A stretch of 61,407 nucleotides of DNA from Pyrinomonadaceae bacterium (GCA_036399155.1 DASWNR010000065.1:1-61407), one strand, 5' to 3'. Positions 23,441-31,223 are shown, counted from the stretch's first letter. Notes: generated by a model not told the origin, from the sequence alone. Program-made: numbers and translations.

Positions 23441-24080
23441 CTTACCACTACGGCTTTCGCCGCCCCCGGTTGAAATGCCGCCGGGGTTTGTAGTCTGGAC
23501 TTTCCCTTCGCTTTACGCGTCTGCCATCAAGTCTCTACACCTTCCCCGCCGCGCGGGGCTTGGCTCGGGATTACCGTCCCGCTTTCGCGGCTTAGGCTTC
23601 CCCGAATTTGGCAGATTCTACAAGCGCACCTGAGACGAACCCGTCAGCGCCGGGACCCGAATGTGATACGCTCGCAACCCATCCCTGGAGGTCTTATGGA
23701 AAAGGTTTGCGTCGTCTGCGAAGCATCTCTTACCGGCAGGCAGACGGTCTTCTGCTCCCGCCGGTGTAAGAACTCCTCCACAAACAACAAACATCAGAAC
23801 TATGTTTCCCAGCAGCACCGCGGGCGACAGAGAAGGCAACGCCTGATTCACCAGAAAGGTGGCCGGTGCGAGCGGTGCGGTTACAGCCGCAACGAAGCGG
23901 CGTTGGCCTTTCATCACCTCGACCCGGCAAGCAAGTCCTTCCCTCTCGACATCAGACAATGCTCGAACGCCTCATGGAACGCGATTCTGGCCGAAGCGCT
24001 CAAGTGTCAACTCCTCTGCCTGAACTGCCACGCGGAGATTCATAATCCTGAATTTTCCACTTAGACCTGTCAAAGAACTG
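23441..24080 (-). ncRNA. group I intron (IC3-like) in the anticodon loop
   Basis: The minus strand contains CCAAATTCGGGGAAGCCTAAGCC, CCCGAGCCAAGCC and GAAGGTGTAGAGACTTGATGGCAGA. These parallel the P3/P4, P6 and P7 core of the Azoarcus tRNA-Ile intron as I remember it (CAAAUUCGGCGAAACCUAAGCG / GCCGAGCCAAGC / GAAGGUGUAGAGACUAGACGGCA). The 5' exon ends in U and the intron ends in G (23441). Candidate IGS GGUCU (24067..24063) pairs with exon GGACU and gives the U.G wobble. Confidence 0.85.
23696..24064 (+). CDS. HNH endonuclease (putative homing endonuclease), encoded antisense to the intron
   Basis: 122 aa: CVVC..FCSRRC zinc-ribbon-like N-terminus, then GGRCERCGY...LAFHHLDP...KCQLLCLNCHAEIHN, a canonical HNH/His-Me finger. 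ATG 23696 follows GGAGG at 4-nt spacing. The stop TAG 24062-24064 overlaps the candidate IGS. Confidence 0.85.
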   Translation: MEKVCVVCEASLTGRQTVFCSRRCKNSSTNNKHQNYVSQQHRGRQRRQRLIHQKGGRCERCGYSRNEAALAFHHLDPASKSFPLDIRQCSNASWNAILAEALKCQLLCLNCHAEIHNPEFST

Positions 24081-24139
24081 AGTCCGCTGCTCTAACCGAT
24101 TGAGCTACGAGGGCGTAGGTGTCAGCGGTGTGCGGGGGG

Positions 24140-24168
24140 ATTATAAGGTTCGGCCGGGGGCGTCGCAA
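24140..24168 (-). promoter_or_regulatory. sigma70-type promoter of the split tRNA(CAU) gene
   Basis: Minus strand reads TTGCGA-N17-TATAAT. The -10 element ends 25 nt before tRNA position 1. Confidence 0.6.
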
Positions 24169-24214
24169 GCGAGGCGATGTCGGGCGGCGAACCGAGGGTG
24201 ATGTTGTATTAAGT

Positions 24215-24763
24215 TCAGCCTTCGCCCTTCATCGCCTCTTTGACCGCCTCGATCTGTGCGAGGTGGCGGGATTCGTGTGCGCCGACGAAGAGGAGCCACT
24301 GGTAGAGGTTGAGCGGGCCCCAGGCGGGGTGCGGGAAGCGGAGCGCGTGTCCGTCGGCGCGCTCAAGCGCCGGGCGCAGGCCGTGGAGCGCGGCGCGCGA
24401 GTCGCGCAGGCGTCGGAGCGAGTCGGCGAGCGGCGTCGAGTCCGCGGGGCGGAGCCTTTCGGGCGCTTCGAACCTGGCGGCGCGGCTGCGCTCGACGAAC
24501 TCCTCGATGGAGACGGGCTCGAAGGCCGCGCCCTCGGCGCGCGGCGCGCCCGACTCCTCGGCCTTGCCCAGCAGCTTGCCGAGCAGCCCGACGACGTTGC
24601 CCTCGACTATCGAAAGGTGTTCGCACAGTTGCGCCGGCGACCACCTGTCCGGCGCGGGGCGGAAGCGCTGCTCGTCGTCGCTCAGCCCCTCGACCGCGCG
24701 GAGCAGTTGCCCGCGCACCTCGTCGATGTGCTCGTAGATTTCGCTGACGCTGTTGAAGTCCAT
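24215..24763 (-). CDS. DinB-family protein
   Basis: WSPAQLCEHLSIVEG ... LLFVGAHESRHLAQIE His triad pattern of DinB_2-type proteins. ATG 24763 is preceded by GAGAGGAG. Confidence 0.75.
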   Translation of the reverse strand: MDFNSVSEIYEHIDEVRGQLLRAVEGLSDDEQRFRPAPDRWSPAQLCEHLSIVEGNVVGLLGKLLGKAEESGAPRAEGAAFEPVSIEEFVERSRAARFEAPERLRPADSTPLADSLRRLRDSRAALHGLRPALERADGHALRFPHPAWGPLNLYQWLLFVGAHESRHLAQIEAVKEAMKGEG

Positions 24764-26076
24764 AAAGGGGGGTGGCTCCTCTCGGGGCGTTTAGTCCGAA
24801 GCAGGCTGAGCACGGCCGCCTGCGGCGAGATGCGCAGGACGTGCCAGCGTGGGTAGCGTACGACCATCTCGTCGCGGTAGATGTGCGCGAAGGCCGTCTG
24901 CGCGTAGACCGTCTCGGGCGCGACCCATTCGAGACGGACGAACGGGTTCATCGAGATGAGCACGGCCTCGCTCGGCTGCGCCTGTGACCCGGCCTCGCCG
25001 CCCCGGGCCGCGGTCGCGGGCGCCGCCGACGTGCCCGCCCGCGGCTCGGGCTTCTTGAAGACGCGCGCGTCGTACTCGGCCGAGGCGGCGCGCAAGGGCT
25101 CGCGCAGGGAGAGCCCCGCGCCCGTCGGCGCGCCGCCCGACGCGTCGTAGACGGCCACGTCGTACTCGAACGCCGTCGCCAACTTCGACCCGTCGGGCGA
25201 CCACGCGGGCTTGACCGGCGTCAGCCGGTCGTCGAGCAGGCGCTCGACGCCTTCGAGCGTGACGAGGCGAGGGCGGCCCGCGTGCGGGAAGCCCTCGCTG
25301 CGCTGCGCCGCCCACTCGTCCTCCTTGCAGGCGAGCGCGGCGACCGATTGCCCGTCGGGCGACCAGGCGAGCTTGAAGTAGATGAGCCCCTCGCGCGAGG
25401 TGAGCGGGCGCAGGTCGAAGCCGTCGCGGTTGCCGACGTAGACCTGCTCGGTGCGGAAGGTCTGCGTCGATGGGATGACGGGCGCGGCGGGCGTGGGCGT
25501 CGCCTGCACGCCCCCGACCGGGTCGGGCGGTGCGAGGTCGGGCGCGGGCGGCGCTTCTTCCGCCGGCGTCGGGCTGGCCGAGAGCGAAGGGTTGCGCACG
25601 CCGCTGAAGAGGATGCGCTCGCCGTCGGGCGACCAGGCGACCTCTTCGGGGAAGACGCCCGTCAAATCCGCCGGCATGACGTTGCGTATGAAGATTCCCT
25701 CGGCCGAGTAGAGGTCGATGCGGAAGTCGGTGTCGGTCGCGCTCGTGCCGTAGAGCGCGAGCACGCGCTGGCCGCGCGGGTCTACGACCGTGCGGATGAG
25801 CGCCTCGTCGGGGCGCTGCGTCTCGAATGCGCTCTTGACGGTGGGCCAGGGCTCGTCGGGCTCGTCGCGCCGGAGCGGCTCGGGCAGAGACTCTTCGGGC
25901 GCGTCCGGCTCGAAGCGGAAGGCGAGGCGCTCGGCGGGCACGTCGCGCAGGGACTTCGGCACGACCGAGAGGCCGGCCGTCTCGCGCACCTTCTGGCAGC
26001 CCGCGCCCGCCGTGCAGAGCGCGACCGCCAGCACCGGCAGCAGCGTCGCCCACAGACTCTTTCCCATCCCGGCCAA
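24682..26076 (-). CDS. PD40/TolB-like beta-propeller repeat exported protein (possible lipoprotein)
   Basis: N-terminus MGKSLWATLLPVLAVALCTAGAGC. Repeated W(S/A)PDG motifs (VAWSPDGERILFSG, LAWSPDGQSVAAL, PAWSPDGSKLATA). The last ~27 codons overlap the DinB gene and look non-native, so the true 3' end is uncertain. Confidence 0.7.
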   Translation of the reverse strand: MAGMGKSLWATLLPVLAVALCTAGAGCQKVRETAGLSVVPKSLRDVPAERLAFRFEPDAPEESLPEPLRRDEPDEPWPTVKSAFETQRPDEALIRTVVDPRGQRVLALYGTSATDTDFRIDLYSAEGIFIRNVMPADLTGVFPEEVAWSPDGERILFSGVRNPSLSASPTPAEEAPPAPDLAPPDPVGGVQATPTPAAPVIPSTQTFRTEQVYVGNRDGFDLRPLTSREGLIYFKLAWSPDGQSVAALACKEDEWAAQRSEGFPHAGRPRLVTLEGVERLLDDRLTPVKPAWSPDGSKLATAFEYDVAVYDASGGAPTGAGLSLREPLRAASAEYDARVFKKPEPRAGTSAAPATAARGGEAGSQAQPSEAVLISMNPFVRLEWVAPETVYAQTAFAHIYRDEMVVRYPRWHVLRISPQAAVLSLLRTKRPERSHPPLWTSTASAKSTSTSTRCAGNCSARSRG

Positions 26077-26258
26077 CTTCCCCGAAGCCTCCCGCGCCCG
26101 AGCCTTTTCACGAAGGGCGATGATAGGGAGCGGCGCGGCGCGCTGTCAACGAGCCCGAACCGCGCGCCGCTCCGAAAACCTGACGCGGCCCGGGTGTTGA
26201 CTTACTTTCCCAAAACTCTCGTGAGCGCGTCCCGTCGGGTGAGCCCTGCCCGCCCGTC

Positions 26259-27392
26259 TCACGGCGCGCTGACGAGGAACACGTCCCACGCCCGGCGGCC
26301 CGCCTTCGCCCCCCTGGCGTCATCAAGTTTCGCGCTGTAGCGGAAGCGGTTGCCGAACTCGTCCACCCTCTTCGACTCCTTGAAGTCGAGGTGGAGCCGG
26401 GCGATGTCCAGCGAGGGCAACGTGTGCAGTTCGCCCGCCCCCGAGACGCCGTCGTGGTCGGCGTCCCGCCACAGGCGCAGGCTCGCGAACACGGCGTCGC
26501 GGCCGTCTATCCGGCCGTCGCCGTTGCCGCCGTTCCCCGGCCGGTCGTACTCGGCCAGCGCGAGGAAACCGTTCTTAGAGGCCGACTCGGGCTGCGGCGT
26601 GAAATTCCCGAACAGCTCGCGGCCGCTGTCAACCGAGCCGTTCCCGTTTCGGTCTAAGGCGAGCCACGCGTCGTCCGACCCGGCGGCCGTCCACGAGAGG
26701 CGGCCGCGCCGCCCGTCGGCGTCGAGGTCGAAGAGGACGCCGCCCGCGAAGTCGGTCAGGCGGAAGCCGTCGCCCGCCACGTCCACGAGCACGGGCGAGC
26801 CGCAGGGGCATGTGCCGCCGTCGCTCTGGTTGCCCGAGGTGTTGCCGTTACCGTCTTCCGGCACGTCGCCCTGACAGCCCTCGCCGCAGCCCGCCACGGC
26901 ATCCGGGCAGCACTGGCCGCCGTAGGGGGGCGTAGGCCCGTAGGAGTATCCGTCGTACAGGCAGTTATCGAGGTGGGTGGGGTCGGGCGTCATGCACCCG
27001 CCGGCGAGCGTCGTGTTCGGCGCGCACTCGGTGCAATCCCACACGCGGGGGAGTCCGACCGTGCCCGGCGGCGGCGACTCGCCGCACTTGCAGCACCAGG
27101 CCGGCTTCTCCCCGACGCACGGCGCGGGGGTCGGGGTCGGAGTCGGTGTCGGCGACGGTGTCGGGGTGGGCGACGGCGTGGGAGTCGGGAGCGGGTCACT
27201 GAGGTAACATGTGCCGGGAACAAAATCATCCCACGTACACTTAAGAGTCGGGTCGGATTCGGCCGGGCAAGTTATGGTTTCAGTTTTATAGCGCAGGCAT
27301 CTCCCGCTGTTGCCGCACCCACCGGCGAAAACGACGGCCAACTCAATATCTGGGCAGGAAGTGCAGTTTCTAGGCTCAATCTGTCCCCACAT
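26259..27392 (-). CDS. Cys-rich / Pro-Thr linker / Ca-binding-motif protein segment lacking its own signal peptide (frame stays open upstream to the TAG at 27435)
   Basis: Many Cys, a [21 protein letters not shown] linker, and C-terminal DxDxDG-like motifs ([37 protein letters not shown]). It is in the same reading frame as the upstream ORF, separated by one stop codon. Confidence 0.65.
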   Translation of the reverse strand: MWGQIEPRNCTSCPDIELAVVFAGGCGNSGRCLRYKTETITCPAESDPTLKCTWDDFVPGTCYLSDPLPTPTPSPTPTPSPTPTPTPTPAPCVGEKPAWCCKCGESPPPGTVGLPRVWDCTECAPNTTLAGGCMTPDPTHLDNCLYDGYSYGPTPPYGGQCCPDAVAGCGEGCQGDVPEDGNGNTSGNQSDGGTCPCGSPVLVDVAGDGFRLTDFAGGVLFDLDADGRRGRLSWTAAGSDDAWLALDRNGNGSVDSGRELFGNFTPQPESASKNGFLALAEYDRPGNGGNGDGRIDGRDAVFASLRLWRDADHDGVSGAGELHTLPSLDIARLHLDFKESKRVDEFGNRFRYSAKLDDARGAKAGRRAWDVFLVSAP

Positions 27393-27434
27393 ACACCCGG
27401 GAACACTGTGGCAGCCACAGTCGTCCGGCGGTGC

Positions 27435-28226
27435 CTAGAGAGCCGGGGCCGGGGCATCGACCGGCGGCAAGAAGTAAGCCCGCAAGAGGCTTGCGGGCTG
27501 CCATGAGTTGCTCACTTTGAATAAATCGCTTGGCGCGTTCATCGTCCCGACCGCCGGACCCGACCTGCATCCTTCCGCGCCGTTTTTCTGCTTCGGAGTG
27601 GTCGAGGATTTGCTTACACGCTTGGGGGGGACGATTTTGCCGTCCCGCCCCCAGAGACCCGTGCCGTCTCCGAATTTAATGGCCGACACTCGGCACACGA
27701 CGCTCTTCGGGTCACCGTACTCCCTTGACACGTCCCGGTTATACTCATAACCCTTCACGTTCTGTGCGCTGGCCTTCAGCGTGGCGCTCTCGCCCGGCAT
27801 AATCGGCATGTCGCCGGGCTCCACCTGCGTCTCCGGGTAGAATAACTCCACCCTCCCGTAACGCGCGCCGAAGACTAATGGGTGTCCGCCGACGAGGACA
27901 CCTGGCATATCGAACAAAAACTGGACGAAATAGATCGGCTTGCTGCCGGTGTTCTTCACCTCCACCTCAAGCTCGCGCAACCACTTCTTATTCTTCAAGT
28001 CCTTGAACGACTTCTCGCTCTTGAGCTTCACCCTGATAGGCAGGTGCTCGGGTATCTCGGTCTTGAACTCACGCTCCTCCACGGCCGGAGTAGTCGCGCC
28101 ATCGTCTTGAGGGTGCGCGCCGCTCGCGGCAATCCCGAAGAAGGCGGCGACCGACAACAGGAAGAAGGCGGTTAAGGGGACGAGGTTCCGGCGGCCGGAA
28201 ATCCCGCGGAGGCTGTGAGCATTCAT
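27435..28226 (-). CDS. hypothetical exported protein (possible N-terminal part of a TAG-interrupted 655-aa protein)
   Basis: ATG 28226 is preceded by AAAGGAGAG. Signal anchor RRNLVPLTAFFLLSVAAFFGIAASGA. Composition is coding-like and Lys-rich, in a locally AT-richer stretch. It ends at TAG 27435-27437. Confidence 0.65.
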   Translation of the reverse strand: MNAHSLRGISGRRNLVPLTAFFLLSVAAFFGIAASGAHPQDDGATTPAVEEREFKTEIPEHLPIRVKLKSEKSFKDLKNKKWLRELEVEVKNTGSKPIYFVQFLFDMPGVLVGGHPLVFGARYGRVELFYPETQVEPGDMPIMPGESATLKASAQNVKGYEYNRDVSREYGDPKSVVCRVSAIKFGDGTGLWGRDGKIVPPKRVSKSSTTPKQKNGAEGCRSGPAVGTMNAPSDLFKVSNSWQPASLLRAYFLPPVDAPAPAL

Positions 28227-28351
28227 GTCGTCTCTCCTTTCGAGAGGTCTGTGAGCCTGACAACGCCTGTGAGGGCTTCGGCCGAGGGCACGGCGGAACG
28301 CCTGACTTATACGCCCGCCGCCCGCGCGGGTCAAGAGTCTCGTCCGCCGCC

Positions 28352-29131
28352 TCACTTGTTGCGCCAGTCGGGCTTGCGCTTCTCCATGAAGGCGCGGACG
28401 CCCTCGTGCGCGTCCTCGGTCTTCATCAGCTCGTTGAGGTAGATGTCCTCGGTGCGCTCCAGCGCTTCGAGGAAGGGGCGGCCGCGCGCGGCGTCCATCG
28501 CCCGCCGCGTCATCTCAAGCGCCGGCGCGGACAGCTCGCGCAGACGCCCGAGCACCTCCGCGAGCTTCGACTCCAACTGCCCCGCCTCGACGACGTAGCT
28601 GACGAGCCCCGTCCGCAGCGCCTCCTGCGCGTCGAAGATTTCGCCCGTCAGCAGCAGCTCGCGCGCGCGCCGCTCGCCCATGATGCGCGGCAGCAGCACG
28701 GCCGCCACCGGCGGGAAGACCCCGAGCTTTATCTCGGGCTGGCCGAACTTCGAGCCGGAGGCCGCGATGACGATGTCGCAGCCCGCGACCAGCTCGCAGC
28801 CGCCGCCGAGCGCCGCGCCCTCGACCACGGCCACCGTCGGCTTCCCCATCTGCTCCATCGTGCGGAAGACGCCGTGGAAGGATTCGAGCATCTGGTAGAC
28901 GGTCTCGGGCTGGTGCTCCTCGACCGAGACGCCGGCGCTGAAGGCGCGCGACCCCCCGGTCGCCCCGAAGACGACGGCCACCACGTCGCGCATCCCCATG
29001 CACTCCGTGAGCGCCGCGTCCACCTCGCGCATCATCGCGATGGTGAAGATGTTCAAGGGCGGGCGCGCGAACGTCACGCGCGCGACGCGCTCCTCGACGC
29101 TGAAACGTATGTGCTGGTAAAGGTCGGGCAT
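28352..29131 (-). CDS. enoyl-CoA hydratase/isomerase (crotonase) family protein
   Basis: RVTFARPPLN...AFSAGVSVEEH...GAALGGGCELVAGCDIVIA...FGQPEIKLGVFP is the crotonase fold signature. Confidence 0.85.
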   Translation of the reverse strand: MPDLYQHIRFSVEERVARVTFARPPLNIFTIAMMREVDAALTECMGMRDVVAVVFGATGGSRAFSAGVSVEEHQPETVYQMLESFHGVFRTMEQMGKPTVAVVEGAALGGGCELVAGCDIVIAASGSKFGQPEIKLGVFPPVAAVLLPRIMGERRARELLLTGEIFDAQEALRTGLVSYVVEAGQLESKLAEVLGRLRELSAPALEMTRRAMDAARGRPFLEALERTEDIYLNELMKTEDAHEGVRAFMEKRKPDWRNK

Positions 29132-29135
29132 AAGC

Positions 29136-29186
29136 GTGTCGGCTGTCGGCTTGTTAGCTGTTAGCTGTCGGCTGTCGGCTGTCGGC
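29136..29186. repeat. tandem heptamer array GCTGTCG/GCTGTTA without an inverted partner (solo arm)
   Basis: GTCGGCTGTCGGCTTGTTAGCTGTTAGCTGTCGGCTGTCGGCTGTCGGCGG is about seven units of the same heptamer that forms the arms of the 34628-34703 palindrome. No complementary arm lies within 100 nt. Confidence 0.85.
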
Positions 29187-29220
29187 GGTTCGCTTTTGTT
29201 TAAGAGACGACGGCCGGCGG

Positions 29221-30609
29221 CTACCTCATCACTTCATCGTTCCCGCGCAGGCGCCTGAGGACGAGGTAGACGGGGAGGCTGAGCGCCAGCAGGCGGAGCG
29301 CGTAGAGGCTGTTCTCTGTGTCGCTCAAGACCGAGCCGGCGAGGAAGGCGACCGAGCCGGCGAGCGCGAGCGCCGTCGTCAGGGGGTAGCCCCACGCGCG
29401 GTACGGCCGCTCCATGCCGGGCTCGCGGCGGCGCAGCACGAAGACCGACAGGAAGACCAGCGCGAGGTCTGTGACGAAGAAGAAGGCGAGCGACGCGAGC
29501 AGGCGTTGGAACGTGCCGCCGTAGAAGATGAGCAGCAGCGCGGCGGCCGTGCTCAGCGCCAGCGAGACGGTCGGCGTCCCGCCGCGGTTGACGCGCGCGG
29601 CGCCTCGCCAGAACAGGCGGTCGCGGCTCATCGCGTAGACGACGCGCGGCGCCGCCAGCATGTTCCCGTTGACCGACGCGAGCAGCGAGAGCACGGCCAC
29701 GACGCCGATGACCGTCGCGCCGCCGGGGCCGAAGATCGCCTCGGCCGCCGCGCCCGCCGCGAGCCGTTCGCCCGCCAGACTCCCGAGCGGAAGCACCCGC
29801 AGCAGCGCCGCGTTAAAGAGCAGGTAGACCGCGACGACCAGCAGCACGCTCCCGACCATCGCGCGCGGGACGCTGCGCGCCGTGTCCCGCACCTCCTCGC
29901 CGAAGTAGACCGTGCTGTACCAGCCGTCGTACGTGTAAATCACGCCTTGCAGCGCGAGCACGAGCGCCGTCAAAAGGCCCAGCCCCTCGGGCATCGGCGG
30001 CGGCGCGGGCGCGGCCGGCTGTAGCGCGGCCCCGCCGCGCCCGCCCAGCGCGAAGCAGGCCGCGATGAGCGCGGCGAAGGCGAGCGCCTTCAAAAGGCTC
30101 GTCAGCTCCTGCGAGCGCCCGCCCCAGCGCACGCCGCGCCACTGCAAGAGCGCGAAGCCGACTGTCACGGCCGCCGCCACCTCGCGCGAGCGCCCGTCGA
30201 GCGCGGGCGCGAGCGCCCCGGCGTACTCGCCCATCACGAGCGCCACGGCCGACGCCGTCCCGCACGTCGAGAGCCAGTCGCTCCACCCGACGACGAAGCC
30301 CGGGTACTCGCCCAGCGCACGGCGCACGAAGACGTAGAAGCCGCCCGAGCGCGGGAGCATCGTCCCCAGCTCCGCCACCGACACCGCGCCGAAGAGCGCG
30401 TAGATTCCGCCGAGCAGCCACACGCCCATGAAGAGCCACACGTTCGGCAGGTGCGCCGCCACCTCGCCCGGCGTCCGCAGGATGCCCATCCCGACCGTGA
30501 TGCCGACCGTCACCGCCATCCCGAAGACGACGCCGAGCACGCGCAGCAGACGCCCGCGCCCCTCGGGCTGGGGCGCCGCGGTGGCTGCTGACTCTCCGGC
30601 GGTCGTCAC
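29221..30609 (-). CDS. APC-family amino acid permease
   Basis: 462 aa with about 12 hydrophobic segments and an N-terminal pattern (GVVFGMAVTVGITVGMGILRTPG) typical of APC transporters. Confidence 0.8.
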   Translation of the reverse strand: MTTAGESAATAAPQPEGRGRLLRVLGVVFGMAVTVGITVGMGILRTPGEVAAHLPNVWLFMGVWLLGGIYALFGAVSVAELGTMLPRSGGFYVFVRRALGEYPGFVVGWSDWLSTCGTASAVALVMGEYAGALAPALDGRSREVAAAVTVGFALLQWRGVRWGGRSQELTSLLKALAFAALIAACFALGGRGGAALQPAAPAPPPMPEGLGLLTALVLALQGVIYTYDGWYSTVYFGEEVRDTARSVPRAMVGSVLLVVAVYLLFNAALLRVLPLGSLAGERLAAGAAAEAIFGPGGATVIGVVAVLSLLASVNGNMLAAPRVVYAMSRDRLFWRGAARVNRGGTPTVSLALSTAAALLLIFYGGTFQRLLASLAFFFVTDLALVFLSVFVLRRREPGMERPYRAWGYPLTTALALAGSVAFLAGSVLSDTENSLYALRLLALSLPVYLVLRRLRGNDEVMR

Positions 30610-30770
30610 GGGCGGCCTGGCTCCTTCGGACTCCCGGCGCTCGGGGCTCGCCGTGTATCTGTCGCGGGTGGTGTTTGAGGTGGCCGACGTAGTCGCGCGT
30701 CAGGTGTTCGAGCGTGGCCGACTCTTCGCGCGAGACTTGCGTGTGAGGTCTTCGAGCGCGGCCCCGAACG

Positions 30771-31193
30771 TCACGGGCGCTTCCCCCGCCGTCGCGGCGG
30801 CGCGGCGCGCTTCTCCTCCGACTCGACCTCGTCCGTGGTGGCGAGCACGAAGCGTCCCTTCACGACGACCTTGCCCCCGACCGTGCAGGCCCACTTGAAG
30901 CGCGTCGCGTGCGTCGCCCAGTCGAAGGCGGCGAAGTCGTCCGGGAAGTTCAGGTAGCCGAAGTTGTCGCCCTCGACCCTGACCTTCTGCTCCCACCGCT
31001 TGCCCGTCCGCTCGGACGTGACGACGAAGGTCGCCTCGTAGCCGTGGAGGTCGTCGTTCTTGTCGCGCACGCCGATGCGCACGCTCGGCGACTCAGACCA
31101 CTGCCATTGAACCTGACCCGCCGCGGCCGCGACCGACGCCGACAGCGCCACGACGAACAACAACGCACACAGTCTTCTCATCCCGCTCCTCAA
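30771..31193 (-). CDS. hypothetical small exported protein
   Basis: Signal peptide MRRLCALLFVVALSASVAAAAG, a beta-rich body and a basic tail. No family recognised. Confidence 0.6.
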   Translation of the reverse strand: MRSGMRRLCALLFVVALSASVAAAAGQVQWQWSESPSVRIGVRDKNDDLHGYEATFVVTSERTGKRWEQKVRVEGDNFGYLNFPDDFAAFDWATHATRFKWACTVGGKVVVKGRFVLATTDEVESEEKRAAPPRRRGKRP

Positions 31194-31223
31194 TCTCGAA
31201 TTTCAAGCTTGAAATTTCAAATC

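Larger units (their letters stand above)
23401..24114 (-). tRNA. tRNA with anticodon CAU (elongator Met or Ile2-lysidine type), interrupted by a 640-nt intron
   Basis: 5' exon 24114..24081 is GCCCTCGTAGCTCAATCGGTTAGAGCAGCGGACT. 3' exon 23440..23401 is CATAATCCGTTGGTTCCCCGTTCGAGTCGGGGCGAGGGCA. Joined, they form a perfect 74-nt cloverleaf: 7-bp acceptor, GCTC/GAGC D stem, GCGGA/TCCGT anticodon stem, loop CTCATAA, and T arm CCCCG-TTCGAGT-CGGGG. G1:C72 argues against an initiator tRNA. CCA is not encoded. Confidence 0.9.

Noticed and set aside
23400-23959. ORFs 23400-23633 (+) and 23618-23959 (-) inside the intron.
   Set aside because: The first lies over the ribozyme core and 3' exon. The second is antisense to the motif-rich HNH ORF. 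Neither has an RBS or recognisable motifs.
24682-24763. An 82-nt overlap between the 3' end of the PD40/TolB-like gene and the start of the DinB gene, as a possible frameshift or programmed overlap.
   Set aside because: The DinB start is well supported (GAGAGGAG RBS). The last ~27 codons of the PD40 ORF look like run-on into non-native sequence after loss of a stop. There is no slippery motif or alternative frame with better coding character, so I only flag the 3' end as uncertain.
27435-27437. Reading the in-frame TAG as pyrrolysine or another recoded amino acid.
   Set aside because: No pyl genes or a PYLIS-like context are visible in the window. TAG is used as a genuine stop by several neighbouring genes. 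A nonsense mutation, a sequencing error or low-level read-through are simpler explanations.
30640-30780. Possible remnant of a DinB-like gene in the 160-nt gap between the APC permease start and the 30771 gene. On the minus strand, two frames read ...TFGAALEDLT and QVSREESATLEHLTRDYVGHLKHHPRQI.
   Set aside because: It covers only about 45 codons across two frames, with no start and no second motif. The resemblance to DinB C-termini (H..HxxQI) is too weak to call without a database search.
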